Origin: Octopus vulgaris
Taxonomy: Eukaryota
Direction: 5' to 3'
Length of the DNA: 64,000 nucleotides
Assembly (NCBI GenBank): GCA_951406725.2
Contig: OX597830.1
Location: 70,990,001 to 71,054,000 of the forward strand
Under the pieces are notes generated by a model. The model was not told the DNA's origin. It ran no database searches and worked only from the letters and a program-made list of their open reading frames with translations. Both the position numbers and the translations under genes were made by a program. This document shows, one piece after another, positions 39,571-53,112 of this stretch. Position 1 is the first letter of the stretch, and every line of letters begins with the position of its first letter.

Positions 39571-39806
39571 TTACATGAAGTATTACAATCTCTGATTATC
39601 TCCCTTGAAACACGTTCAAAGTTTCTACGTAAATTTTGGCGGCGTTGTGGTTCCCAAAATTTTATTTTCGTTTCTCTATCATTATTTCGTTTCTCTATCG
39701 TCTTTATCTTAGTAGAAACTGATGGATAAAGAAATCAAACTACATAAACAAACGGCAGCAATACTGTTCAGGAATTAAATAACACTAACATTTTCAGTAA
39801 CAATAT

Positions 39807-40212
39807 GGAGTGGCTGTGTGGTAAGTAGCTTGCTAACCAACCACATGGTTCCAGGTTCAGTCCCACTGCATGGCCTCTAGGGCAAGTGTCTTCTGCTATA
39901 GCCCCGGGCCGACCAATGCCTTGTGAGTGGATTTGGTAGACGGAAACTGAAAGAAGTCTGTCGTATATATGTATATATATATATGTGTGTGTGTGGCGGG
40001 GGTTTGTGTGTCTGTGTTTGTCCCCCTAGCATTGCTTGACAACCGGTGCTGGTGTGTTTACGTCCCCGTCACTTAGCGGTTCAGCAAAAGAGATCGTAGA
40101 ATATGTACTGGGCTTACAAAGAATAAGTCCCGGGATCGATTTGATCGACTAAAGGCGGTGCTCCAGCATGGCCGCAGTCGAATGACTGAAACAAATAAAA
40201 GAGTAAAAGAGA
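39807..40212 (+). mobile_element. SINE-C, near full length
   Basis: Head, central TA/TG tract and (TAAAAGAG)n tail. Confidence 0.92.
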
Positions 40213-40602
40213 GCAATAATAAATTTAATTTATTCACGAGAATTTTTAGTTTTACCAATTTTGAATATATCGCTTCTGTTTAAAACTCCTTAGTGGTCAT
40301 CCCTCTTATATCAATGAAATATAATTTTTCTGAATCTTCAGATTTTTCAATATGCTAGGCCATTGGTTTTAAATTGATATTAAGCAAAATAATATTCAAT
40401 TTTTCACCCTTATTATTTAGATTTATATATATGGCGAAATGCTTAGCGGTATTTCGTCTGCCGTTACGTTGTGAGTTCAAATTCCGTCGAGGTCGACTTT
40501 GCCTTTCAACCTTTCGGGGTCGATAAACAAAGTACCAGTTTCGCAGTGGAGTCGATGTAATCGACTTAATACCTTTGTCTGTCCTTGTTTGTCCCCTCTA
40601 TG

Positions 40603-40730
<128 letters not shown>

Positions 40731-41571
40731 ATATTACATGCATGTATATACATGTACATACTTGTGTGAGGGAGCTATGAAAATGGATGTATTTGCATCG
40801 GATTTTATTAATATGTATGTGTGTGTGTGTGTGTATTTAGTTGTGTATTCGTAGTTAATGCCTCAGTGATGCAAGTAAAACCTGCTCTGCCATTGTTATG
40901 TAACCTGCTGAAGATATCTGCTGTTTTGTGACGTAGGTGTGGAACACACATCTATCTAAAATAGAAGCATCTTCAACAGGAGCTACCTTTATGTTGCTTA
41001 TTTTTGCCTCTTAGATAAACAATGAAACAAGTGCAACCCCTTAAAGTTTAAAGGTTAAAGGTAGCACTACAGTAATATTGTGTTTTCAGGCGATTATCAG
41101 CTAGTGATGTAATTTGGCAGTTGACAGTATCTTCTTAATTTTTGGTCTATCTGAATGTTGGTTATTCCCGGTAGATAATCTTCGAAATTTAATGCCAAAA
41201 GTTACTAGCATGATGTAACAGACCATCTGTACCGAAATTTAGTACTGCCCTCGAGATAAGTAAGAAAAGAAAAGAAAACCCCAAATTCTTCGATCTGATT
41301 TAGAGCTGAAATAGTGGATTTTCTCCCATAGAAATTTGGAGAGAGGATGAGTGAGCAAGAGTGAGAGAGAAACAGGGGGAGAGAAGGAGTTAGTGAGAGA
41401 GAGATGGTAGGAGTGAAGGTATCAGATACACCGTAATTTACATATGTATGTATAAATATTAGCGAAGGCGCGTGACAAGGTAGTTAGGGTAATCGGCTCA
41501 CAGTGTTATGGTCGTGTGTTCGATACCTGGCGACGCGTTGCGTGCAAGACACTTTATTTTACTTCACGTTG

Positions 41572-41960
41572 AAGGCGGCGACCTGGCAGAAACGTTAGCA
41601 TGCAGGGCGACAATGCCTAGCGGTATTTCGACTGCTGCTATGTTCTGAGTTCAAATTCAGCCGAGGTCGACTTTGCCTTTCATCCTTTCGGGGTCGATTA
41701 AATAAGTACCAGTTACACACTGGGGTCGATATAATCAACTTAATCCATTTGTCTGTCCTTGTTTGTCCTCTCTGGGTTTAGCCCCTTGTGGGTTGTAAAG
41801 AAATAGAAATAGGTATTTCGTCTGCCGTTACGTTCTGAGTTCAAATTCCGCAGAGGTCGACTTTGCCTTTCATCTTTTGGGGTCGATTAAATTAACTACC
41901 TGTTGCATACTGGGGTCGAACTAATCGACTACACCCCCCTAAAATTTCGAGCTTTGTGTC
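41572..41960 (+). mobile_element. SINE-B dimer nested in a SINE-D-related element (head about 41465-41570, tail about 41960-42100)
   Basis: Junction GAAATAG|GTATTTC at 41812/41813. The second unit has the older tail. Confidence 0.85.
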
Positions 41961-42411
41961 GTCACGTTCTTTGTCATTCTGGCCAATTAAGGGTACGCGT
42001 GTCTGTGGAGTGCTCAGCTCCTTACATGTTAATTCCACGAGCGGGCTGTTTCGTCGATCGGATCAACTGGAACCCTCGTCGTCGTAGCCGACGGAGTGCC
42101 AGTAAGAGAGTATAAACATAAGTAAATATAGATGGTCATATACGCTTATTGTAAAATAAATTCATAGACAGACTCAGAAGAACTCAGTATGTGTATAAAA
42201 GTAAGACGCTGTGCCGGAATAATTGTTAGCGCGCCGAAAAATGCGCTTAGCGGCATTTTGTCCGTCTTTACGTTTTGAGTTAAAACTCTGCCGAGGTCGA
42301 CTTTGCTTTTCAGTCTTTAGGAGTCGATGAAATAAGCACCAGTTGAGCACTAGGGCCTATGTAATCGACTTGCTGATCTTGTGCCAAAATTTGAAACCAA
42401 TATTCTCTAAT

Positions 42412-42772
42412 CCTTTTACTTGCTTCATTCATTTGACTACAGCCATGCTGGAGCATCACCTTTGGTCGAACAAATAACCCCCAGGACTTATTCTTAGTAC
42501 GGCTAGTACTTATTTTATCGGCTTCTTTTGCCGAAACGCTAAGTTTCGTGGACGTAAACACACCAACATCGGTTGTCAAGCGATGGTGGAGGAATAAATA
42601 TATATATACGACGAGCTTCTTTCAGTTTCCGTCTACCTAACCCTCTCGCAAGGCTCTGGTCGGTCTAAGGCCATAGTAGAAGACACTGACCCTAGGTGCC
42701 ACGCAGTGGGACGGAGCCCAGAACCATGTAGTTGGGAAGCAAGTTTCTTACCACCCACACAGCCACCCTACG
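42412..42772 (-). mobile_element. SINE-C copy
   Basis: Reverse-complement family match. Confidence 0.85.
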
Positions 42773-42803
42773 TCTAAGTGTACACAAAAATAAATTTTCT
42801 CCC

Positions 42804-43033
42804 TACGAGTGGGTGCTGAAAAGTTCCCGGCTCTAGATAAAAGAAAATACTGAGGGATCAGTTAATTATGATTTCATTCAACATATTTCCCTCTCATATT
42901 CACATCTATGTACACTTATTGCAGCGGTCCTTCAGTTTTTCTAAGCCCTGTAAGAGAACTCGGAAGGTTGGACCTCTAACCATACCTTTCGCAATACAAT
43001 TTAAGCCAGAAGCTTTGCAGCACCCCTGCGGTA
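42804..43033. mobile_element. Mariner-derived MITE
   Basis: TACGAGTGGGTGCTGAAAAGTTCC...GAAGCTTTGCAGCACCCCTGCGGTA imperfect TIRs with TA ends. The internal minus strand encodes the mariner terminal RGKYVE* motif. Confidence 0.7.
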
Positions 43034-43306
43034 TATCAGGCATCTTCATTTGTCATAACTCAGATTTTCGAGCCCTGCAGGAATCACTTAAAATAAAGTA
43101 ATTAGTGCTAAGAATTTCGGTACCTTCCTACTATAGAAGTCTTTTGTGCCGAAGCTCTTAACGGTAACCATTTTCATCTGCTTATTCTTACCTCCATGAA
43201 TGATACAAAATATGTATATATGCAAGCATGAATGTATGTATATATGTATATGCCTCTATATATTATATATACACACCCACACAAGTATAAGGTATATCTG
43301 TGCTTT

Positions 43307-43349
<43 letters not shown>

Positions 43350-44407
43350 GTGTGTGTATGCAAATATATATGTGTGCGTGTATGTACGTTTGTGTGTGAA
43401 TGTTTGCGCATCTATGTACTTTTATTTGTAAAGGTAATTGAGGTAATAAAATATGGAATAACCTACGTTTTTCCTTTATTAGCTATGACGAAATATCATT
43501 CTTAGAACATCACAAACTTTCATTCATAAAGCGAGTTCTATCTGTGTACATACCACTTTTGATGGAAGCCGATAAGGAAGAGAAGGAGTAAGCAAATAGA
43601 GAATGTGATAGAGTGAGGAAAGAAAAGAAAGTGGTGGTGGTGGGGTGGGGAACGAGAATTAGAAAGACGGATGAAATAGTTTTTTTTTTGGGTGGTTTTG
43701 TGGTTGGTGGTTCTGTCATTCGAAATTCAGACGAAGAGTCTGCTTTTGAATTTACGTTTAAGTGGCTGAATCTCCCCACTGTCACGGGTGTGTCCTTAAA
43801 GGAATTCTCTGGCAGGGTGGAATCGACGCAATACAATGTGTAACAAGCTTGTACCTGTTGAGTTATTATGGTAATCTAGTCAGAGAGGCGTCATTGCATT
43901 TTGTTCTAACCATTTACATACATAAGTCGTAGGTTGACCCGAGGTTGTAGAAAATAGCATTTTCTCAACATGCCTCACAAATGCGTACCCTCACGTAATT
44001 CGTAGGCAGAGTTGGCGTGATGCAATGTCCGAGAGGCTTGTACCTGTTGAATTAGTATTGCAATCCGGCCGATGGGATTCTGTACAATTTACTTCTAATC
44101 GTTTTCACACACAAGGAATCGGTACAGCCAAAGCTAGTGAAAACTACGTTTGCTCAACATGTCATACAGTGGAATTGAAACAAGGGCATTGTGGTTACGA
44201 ACTGAACCTGAACTTCTTAAGCATACAGACATTGTGCACCTACGGTTCTCGTACTATGCTAGGTGAAAAGTGTGTACACACACACACAAAAAAAAATACA
44301 CAGCACACACACATGCATACGCACATATACACACAGAAAAACAGGTACAGCAGAAAGAGGAAGAAAGAGTGAGAGAAAGTTATGGTGAAAGAATACAGCA
44401 GGGTTCA

Positions 44408-44450
<43 letters not shown>

Positions 44451-44597
44451 CATACATACATGCGTGTGTGTGCGTGTACAAAGAACGAGAGAGAGAGAGA
44501 GAGAAAGAGAGACAGAGATACGAGTATATATGTATATGTGTATCTGTGCGTACCATGTGCATATGTATATGTATATATATGTATCGTGTTATTTTAT

Positions 44598-44665
<68 letters not shown>

Positions 44666-45468
44666 TCGCCCGCGCATACATATGAGAGAGTGGTAGAGAG
44701 GTAGAAAGAAATAGAGAGACAGAGAGAGGGAAGGAGTCAGAGAATGAGAGAGACAGAAACATAGAGAGTTGATGTGTTGGTGCCAAGTGAGAATTACTCA
44801 AATGACAAGCGTGAATCATAAAAAATACAAAACCCAGAAAAGATTTAAGTTTTTACGGCAAGGAGAAATGTTTTAGGATGACTGGGCAGAAAAGAGTGAA
44901 TGAAAATCAAACTTAGGTCCCGTGGTGGCGCTGGTGGTGGCTATGATCATGATGGTGGTTGGGTATGAATAAGTGGTGGTTGTGATGGTGATGGAGCGGC
45001 TTGTGGAAACGGTAGTGGTAAGAGTAATGGTGGTAGTGGTGGTGGTGGTGGTGTCAGTAGGGGCTCGTGTTCCGCGTGTTTGATGGTGTTGATGCTGGTG
45101 ATTGTTGTTGTAGTTAAGCAACAAGACGGGTAAAGGGGATTAGGTGATAGCCTAGGGCTTAGCGGCGGGAGATCCCAGACCTTGGAAAAAAAATAACTTT
45201 GGTCTCCTTGTTGTAGTCAAGGGCTCTCTTTTGATGCCTGACACCACTGGGAGGTCGCCCTCGAAGTCGTTGGAAATGGAGATCTCCAGGGCCAAATTCT
45301 TGAACGGCTGATGCTGGTGATGGAGGCTTTGAAGCTGAGAAAGTTTGCTGTTGATATTGTTTAAAACCCAATTTTGTTGTCTCTTAGTAAATCCCTGATC
45401 GTATGCATTCCATTCATGACCATTCCGTCTATTCTTCCATGTATCATGTATTGACATGATACATGTAC

Positions 45469-45698
45469 CTATTTCTTTATTACCCACAAGGGGCTAAACA
45501 TAGAGGGGTCAAACAAGGACAGACATAGGTATTAAGTCGATTACATCGACCCCAGTGCGTAACTTTAATTTATCGACCCCGAAAGGATGAAAGGCAAAGT
45601 CGACCTCGGCGGAATTTGAACTCAGAATGTAACGGCAGACGAAATACCGCAAAGCATTTCGCCCGGCGTGCTAACGTTTCTGCCAGCTCACCGCCCTT
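45469..45698 (-). mobile_element. SINE-B monomer with 14-bp TSD
   Basis: CATGATACATGTAC at 45455-45468 and 45701-45714. Confidence 0.92.
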
Positions 45699-46371
45699 GT
45701 CATGATACATGTACATGTATCATAATACATGTACCATGTACCATGTATTGAATCCTACATTATACAACATAGCTTTAGGTGGCATCAGTTACAGATGATA
45801 GAAGGTTAGAGCGAAAGGAAATTCTGTCACTATTTCTAGCAAATCGAGAGTCCATGTAGAAACACCCGGTCTTGTTGTTATTGATGTTGATTGAAGTGTT
45901 GTTCATGGCGATGGTGAGGTTGGTGATGTAGGTGGTTGGATGCTGGAGGCGTTACTAGTGCGAGTGGTTAGTGGCGGTGGGTGCTTCTATTGTATCATTC
46001 GATGGAAAGGTAACCTGCAAGAAGATGCATCCAATTAAGCGAAATAATTGAAGATTTTGTGGTCATTGTAAGCGGTGTCGTTCTAGCTGGATGCTATTCT
46101 TTGTTCTTTCCTCCTCCTCCTCCTCCTCCTCCTCATCATCATCATCAATAACATCATCCTATCATCATCATATCATCATCCTCATCGTCACCATCATTAT
46201 CATCATCATATCATCATCATCGTCGTCATAATCCCCGTCATCATCGTCATAATCATCACTGTCCTCCTCCTCATCATCATCATTGCTACTATGATCACCG
46301 TCATCATCATCACCATCAACATCATCATCCCCACCATCATAAGCACCACCATCAACCACCACCATCCACCA

Positions 46372-46800
46372 AGTCTCTTCAAGACTAATACACCACACTT
46401 TTTTCAGTCCGAACTCCATTCTGATATCAGCACTGAAGGTATACATCGTATCAACGAAGGAACTGACTTGGGCTTCATCTTTTCCTTAAAGTTTGAGATC
46501 ATCCATGAATAACAAATGATTGACATTTTGCTGGCGGCTTTTGAATGCAAGCCCAGCTTTTGCTTTCTTCAATATCTGTGATAATGGTAAGACGCACAGT
46601 ACAAAGATCAGTGGGGAGAGGCAGTCCCCTTGGAAGATGCCCCTCCTGATTTCTACAGTCTCTAAACTTCTTCCGTATGTTGTTAAGTCCGTCCTCCAAT
46701 TCGCCATACTTTTTTCAAGCAAACACTCAACATTCGATGCATACCAAATAGGTTCATTACATTCCATTATCCACGAGTGTGAGATCATATCGTACGCCTT
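46372..46800 (-). pseudogene. R4/Dong-like reverse transcriptase fragment
   Basis: AYDMISHSWI...IRRGIFQGDCLSPLIF...NHLLFMDDLKL...FSADIRMEFGLKK, with a stop and frameshifts. Confidence 0.9.
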
Positions 46801-46840
46801 ATCATTATTATTATTATTATTATTATTATCATTATTATTA

Positions 46841-46902
<62 letters not shown>

Positions 46903-46975
46903 GTTGTTATTATTGTTATTATTATTATTGTTGTTGTTATTATTATTATTATTATTATTATTGTTGTTGTTGTTG

Positions 46976-47013
<38 letters not shown>

Positions 47014-47041
47014 GTTGTTGTTATTATTGTTATTATTATTA

Positions 47042-47100
<59 letters not shown>
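46801..47100. repeat. (ATT/GTT)n microsatellite; LINE tail and target
   Basis: Direct inspection. Confidence 0.95.
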
Positions 47101-47104
<4 letters not shown>

Positions 47105-48178
47105 GTTTGACTTTTGCTTTATATTTGTACAAGTTGGGTCCAAGTCTCACCCAGAGACCTCAAGAGACAACAGGCAGGAAGTTCATGTTGTTGTTATGCC
47201 TAGTGTGCCATATATTTTTTTTTTTTGGGGGGGGAGTTTTTGGTATTGTATTAATGAATGTCTAAAAAAAAAATTTTTTTTTTTTTTTAAACCGAAAATT
47301 ATGTTTGTTTTAAACCTTGACATTACATAGAAAGTATTTTGCGTAGGTTATGAACAGTTCCCATGAGCACTATCTTTTGAATTTCTGCCATTTTGGGGTT
47401 TCCTGGTATCTGAGTTAGGTAGCTATCAGCGCCTTTTGCTATCATTCCCAGGGCACCTATGACAACAGGTATTGTTTTAGTCTTCAGCTTCCACATTTTG
47501 CTGATTTCTATTTCAAGATCTTTATATTTGCTCAGTTTTTGGTAGGTCTTGACAGATACGTTTATATCGATTGGGACAGTCATATCAATGAGGAGGCATG
47601 TTCTTTGTTTGAAGTCTTTCAATATGATGTCTGGCCTATTTGCATCTATCTTTCTGTCAGTTTGAATGGTGAAGTTCCAGAGGAGTGAGATGTGGTCATT
47701 TTCAATCAATGGGGGTGGTTTGTGTTCCTACCAGTTTTTTTCATGGGGCAAATCCAGGTTTTTGCAGATTACCCAGTGAATATATTGTGCAGCTCTATCG
47801 TGTATGTTGAGATACTCTGTAGGCGCTAGAAGACTGCACTTGGAGACCACATGGTCAATGGTTTCATTTTGTTGCTGGCATACACGACATGTTGGACTGC
47901 TTCTGATCTGTAATATGTTGGCCTAGTAGTTTCTTGTTGGTAGGCATTGATCTTGAGCTGCTATGATAAACCCCTCTGTTTCAGATTTTAAGCCAGAGGC
48001 CATTAGCCATTGATGGGTCAGGGCTTTGTCAACATCTGCATTATTTGCTCTCTTTGGGTATTTGCCATAGAGAGGTTTTTCTTGCCATTTATCATTCAGA
48101 ATATCTAAGGCCGCAGATTTAGCACGGGTTTCATGCGCTTAGCTTTCTCTTTGCCTGTTTCTTGTATGTCTATCTCTA

Positions 48179-48180
<2 letters not shown>
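47101..48180 (-). pseudogene. 5'-truncated R4/Dong-like LINE: CCHC knuckle, restriction-like endonuclease and 3' UTR
   Basis: CRVCQQQNETIDHVVSKC; RPDIILKD...LLIDMTVP...KLSKYKDL...PVVIGALG. In-frame stops. (TAA)n on both sides. Confidence 0.92.
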
Positions 48181-48264
<84 letters not shown>

Positions 48265-48296
48265 CATTATTATCATTATTATTATTATTATTATTA

Positions 48297-48337
<41 letters not shown>

Positions 48338-48377
48338 GTCATTATTATCATTATTATTATTATCATTATCATTATTA

Positions 48378-48441
<64 letters not shown>

Positions 48442-48449
48442 CATTATTA

Positions 48450-48496
<47 letters not shown>

Positions 48497-48622
48497 TGCA
48501 GCCACATCAACAATAACAACGACGAAGTTAATGCTGAAGAAGAAGAAGAAGAAGAAGAAGAAGAAGAAGAAGAAGAAGAAGAAGAAGAAGAAGAAGAAGA
48601 AGAAGAAGAAGAAAAAGTTGTC

Positions 48623-48675
<53 letters not shown>

Positions 48676-48690
48676 CGATGATGACGATGA
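48180..48690. repeat. Compound (ATT)n-(GAA)n-(GAT)n microsatellite
   Basis: Direct inspection. Confidence 0.95.
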
Positions 48691-49355
48691 AAAATGGGGG
48701 AAAAAACATGAAGTGTTAAAAGAGAATAACGAAAGTATAAGAACCGGGACTATCAACCTAAGACGGCATATTCGCGAAATTGAATTAAGTCAGAATGAAT
48801 TTCGAGATAATTGTTACGAAGAGGCAAAACTGTTGTGATAGCTTTGTGTGCGAACAAATGAGTTAAAGTCTGAAACAGTCAGCTTGACTACGATAGGTTA
48901 CGTTCAATATGGCCGCTCTTCATTGGTTCTGTCTTTATTGTCGCGAGAAAAGGCGAGATAGTTATTGTCTACGATATATACTGTATAAAGAGACCGGGGC
49001 CCCCACAAAGAATGAGCGAAGAGGAGCTGGGGGGTGGAGGGGAAGATGCTGAAGGATGCAAGTGTTGCTGGGGGGACAATGAGAGATAGCTTAATGTCAC
49101 ATCACCTTTTGTCGTTCTTCTTCTTCTTCTTCCTCTTTTTCTTCTTCTTCTTCTTCTTTTTCTTCTTCTTCTTTTTCTTCTTCTTCTTCTTCTTCTTCTT
49201 CTTCTTCTTCTTCTTCTTCTTCTTCTTCATCATCATTATCATCGTCGTCATCATCCATCATCATCCGTCGCCATTACTATCATCGTTGTCATATATATAA
49301 GAGTGTATGTGTGTTTGTAAATGTATTTATGTGTGTGTGTGTACATAGACATGCA

Positions 49356-49598
<243 letters not shown>

Positions 49599-49792
49599 TA
49601 TCTATCTATCTATCCCTTTTTTTCCTCCCCCACCTTTTTTAAATTTTATTCCCCCCTTTTTTCTCCTCTTTCTTTCCCTTTACGATCCCTTTTGATCGAA
49701 AACCAAGCCCCCTTTTTTTACCCCCAAAAGAAAAGCTCTACCTTGTAATTTGTCCTGTCTGTGTGCAGCCCTGTGTGGCTAATAAAGAAACA

Positions 49793-49884
<92 letters not shown>

Positions 49885-50349
49885 AGTACAATCTACGGCG
49901 TCCGGCAGAAATGGTGGTCCAATTTCAAAGGTTAATACAAAACAAACAGATGAAAATGCATGAAAAAACTTTGTATTTCAATAAAGTTCGTTAAATGCCA
50001 TTTTCTTTTCTTGTTTTAGGTACTCTTCACCATGACCTGGAGTAGAGAACATCGGTTTTTTTTTTGTTTCTTCTTGTGTTTGTTTGTTTTATTAACCTTT
50101 GAAATCGAGGCAACATTTCTATCGCACCTTGTATATGGTCCTTACGATTATGATAGGAATTCACGTAAAGATAGATGGGGAGATTAGGGAGCAGATAAAG
50201 AAAGGGAAAGAGAGAGAAGGATACAGAGAGTCGAGTAAGAGATACAGGCAAGCAAGCATACAGTCAAGTAGGCGTTTGTATGGGCTGTTAAGAGCGAGAT
50301 GTTGTTTTTAGCAAGGTAGGCAGCAGATGAATAATCATATAACTGACGA

Positions 50350-50506
50350 GGAGTGGCTATGTGGTAAGTAGCTTGCTAACCAACCACATGGTTCCGGGTT
50401 CAGTCCCACTGTGTGGCATCTTGGGCAAGTGTCTTCTGCTATAGCCCCGGGCCGACCAATGCCTTGTGAGTGGATTTGGTAGACGGAAACTGAAAGAAGA
50501 CTGTCG

Positions 50507-50537
<31 letters not shown>

Positions 50538-50741
50538 ATATGTTTGTCCCCCTAGCATTGCTTGACAGCCGATGCTGGTGTGTTTACGTCCCCGTCACCT
50601 AGCGGTTCGGCAAAAGAGACGACCGATAGAATAAGTACTGGGTTTACAAAGAATAAATACTGGGGTCGATTTGCTCGACTAAAGGCGGTGCTCCAGCATG
50701 GCCGCAGTCAAATGACTGAAACAAGTAAAAGAGTAAAAGAG
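50350..50741 (+). mobile_element. SINE-C, near full length
   Basis: Family match. Confidence 0.92.
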
Positions 50742-51149
50742 TAAGAGTGTTTCACCGAAAGAATTTTAGACGACCGGGGTTTCAAATACTTCGGTGATCT
50801 TGAAAAAAATGCAGGAACCAAGAGGTAGTTTTTAAACAACAAAACCTTCAACAACAACAATGGCATTAAAAGTAGCTGCAGTAGACTAAACAAGAAGAGA
50901 CCATAACAAGAACAACAGCCAGAAGAATAACAACAACCATCACCGTCATCACAATCACAAGCACCAATATTTTTACGGTTTTAATTGTTTCAGCCATTCA
51001 ACTTTGGCCATGCTGGCATACTGTTCTCTAATCTTAACCCACAAATCGACCAGTCAGTCGAGCAATAGAATTCGAAACACGCGCCTATCCTTTGCAAAGC
51101 GAAAATATTATGGATTATTAAATTAACATAACATCACGTGATCACCATT

Positions 51150-51830
51150 AATAACAGTTTCCAATTTAGGCATAAAGCCAGAACATTTGAGAAAAGTGGT
51201 TCGTCGAAACCATCAACTCCCAACACTTCATCGATATTTTATATTCTTGAGCAGGGACAGATGAATGCTGAAGTTGGAATCAGACGATTTTGAACTAAGA
51301 ACATAAAGTTCTGGAATGAATATTGGTTTCAAATTTCGAGCTAGTAATTTCGGTGGGATGGCTAAGCTGATTACATCGACTCTAGTTCTCAACTAGTATT
51401 TATTTTATTAATCCCAGAAGGATGAAAGGCAAAGTCGACTCCGGCGGCGTTTGAACTCAGGACGAAACGCCAGTAAGCATTTCATCTGTCGTTCTAACCT
51501 TTCTGCCAGCACGTCGCCTTAGCTTGGAATAAATATTTTTTTTCTGCTTTAGGCACAAGGCCCGAAATTTTGGGGCAGGAGGCCAGTCGATTAGGTCGAC
51601 CTCAGTACGCAACTGGTACTTTGTTTATCGACTGCGAAAGGATGAAAGGCAAAGTCGACATTGGCAGAATTTGAACTCAGAACGTAAAGACAGACGAAAT
51701 GCCGCTAAGCATTACGCTCGGTGTGCTAACGTTTCTGCCAGAACGCGGCCTTAGTTTGGAATAAATATTGCAAGACAGTTTTTTTTTCTTTTCTTGTCTG
51801 GCACTGTAACGATTTCCAAAAAACAAAAAA
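51150..51830 (-). mobile_element. Three nested older SINE-B-related copies
   Basis: Two inserts (51325-51520 and 51538-51752) inside an older copy, separated by a triplicated AG(C/T)TTGGAATAAATATT-like target. Confidence 0.75.
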
Positions 51831-52011
51831 AAGAAACAAAAAAACCCCAACTCGCTAAATAACAATGTCGCATTTATCAACAGGCATCATCACTAACTCA
51901 GCAATAACACCACACAACACCAGTAAGTAGCAACAGCAGCAGCACCACCTCAGCAACAACAGCATTAATATCATCGTCGGCTTCGGCATCATCTCCTATC
52001 AATAATCATAC

Positions 52012-52395
52012 TTTCTACTATAGGCACAAGGCCTGAGACTTTGGCGGATGGAGAGAGTCGATTACATCAAACCAAATAATACTTAACCCCCCGAAAAGTA
52101 TGAAAGACAAAGTCGACCTCGGTTGAATTTGAACACGTAACTTAAAGAGCCAGAAGAATTCCGCTAAGAATTTTACCTATTTCTTTACTACCCACAAGGG
52201 TCTAAACAAGGACAGACAAACGGTTTTAGTCGATTACATCGACCCCAGTGCGTAACTGGTGCTTATTTAATCGATCCTGAAAGGATGAAAATCAAGGTCG
52301 ACCTCGGCGGAATTTGAACTCAGAACGTAACGACAGACAAAATACCGCCAAGCATTTCGCCCGGCCTGCTAACGATTCTGCCAGCTCGCCGCCTT
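52012..52395 (-). mobile_element. Young SINE-B (52177-52395) joined to the body of an older SINE-B
   Basis: Junction GAAATAG|GTAAAATTC at 52176/52177; single head. Confidence 0.8.
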
Positions 52396-52492
52396 CATAA
52401 CAATAAGAATATCCTTTCCCCTATAGGCCAAACACCTGAAATTTTATGGGGATTTTAGGGGTGTCTAGAAGATTACATTGCTTCCAATGTAT

Positions 52493-53112
52493 CTTTTAAC
52501 TTTATCTTTTGCTTGTTTCATTCGGTAGATTGCGGCCATGCTAAGGCACTGCCCTGAAGAGTTTTAGTCGAACAAATCGCCCCAGTGCTTTTGTTAAGCC
52601 TGATACTCATTCTATCGGTCTCTTTTGCCAAACAGCTAAATTACGGAGACATAAGCACACCAACACCGGTTATCAAGCGGTAGTGGGGGACAAATACAGA
52701 CACAAATATACACACACACACACTCACGCATATATATATATATGGCAGGATTCTTTCAGTTTCCGTCTACCAAATCCACTCATAAGGCTTTGATCACTTG
52801 ACCCAAGGTGCCATGCTGCGGGCCTGAACGTGAAACCATGTGGTTGGGAAGGATACTTCTTATATCCTTATTGCCCTCAAGGGGCTAAACTCAGAGGGGA
52901 CAAACAAGGACAGACAAACGGATTAAGTCGATTACATCGACCCTAGTGCGTAACTGGTGCTTTATTTATCGACCACGAAAGGATGAAAGCAAAGTCGACC
53001 TCGGCGGAATTTGAACTCAGAACGTAACGGCAGACGAAATACGGCCACGCATTTCGCCCGGCGTGCTAACGTTTCAGCCAGCTCGCCGCCTTCATTTACA
53101 CAGCCACCCCTG
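52493..53112 (-). mobile_element. SINE-C with a nested SINE-B (about 52866-53092)
   Basis: Family matches. Confidence 0.8.

Noticed and set aside
46372-48180. One intact LINE
   Set aside because: The domain order is reversed (endonuclease upstream of RT), a 3' UTR and tail lie between the parts, and both parts contain stops.
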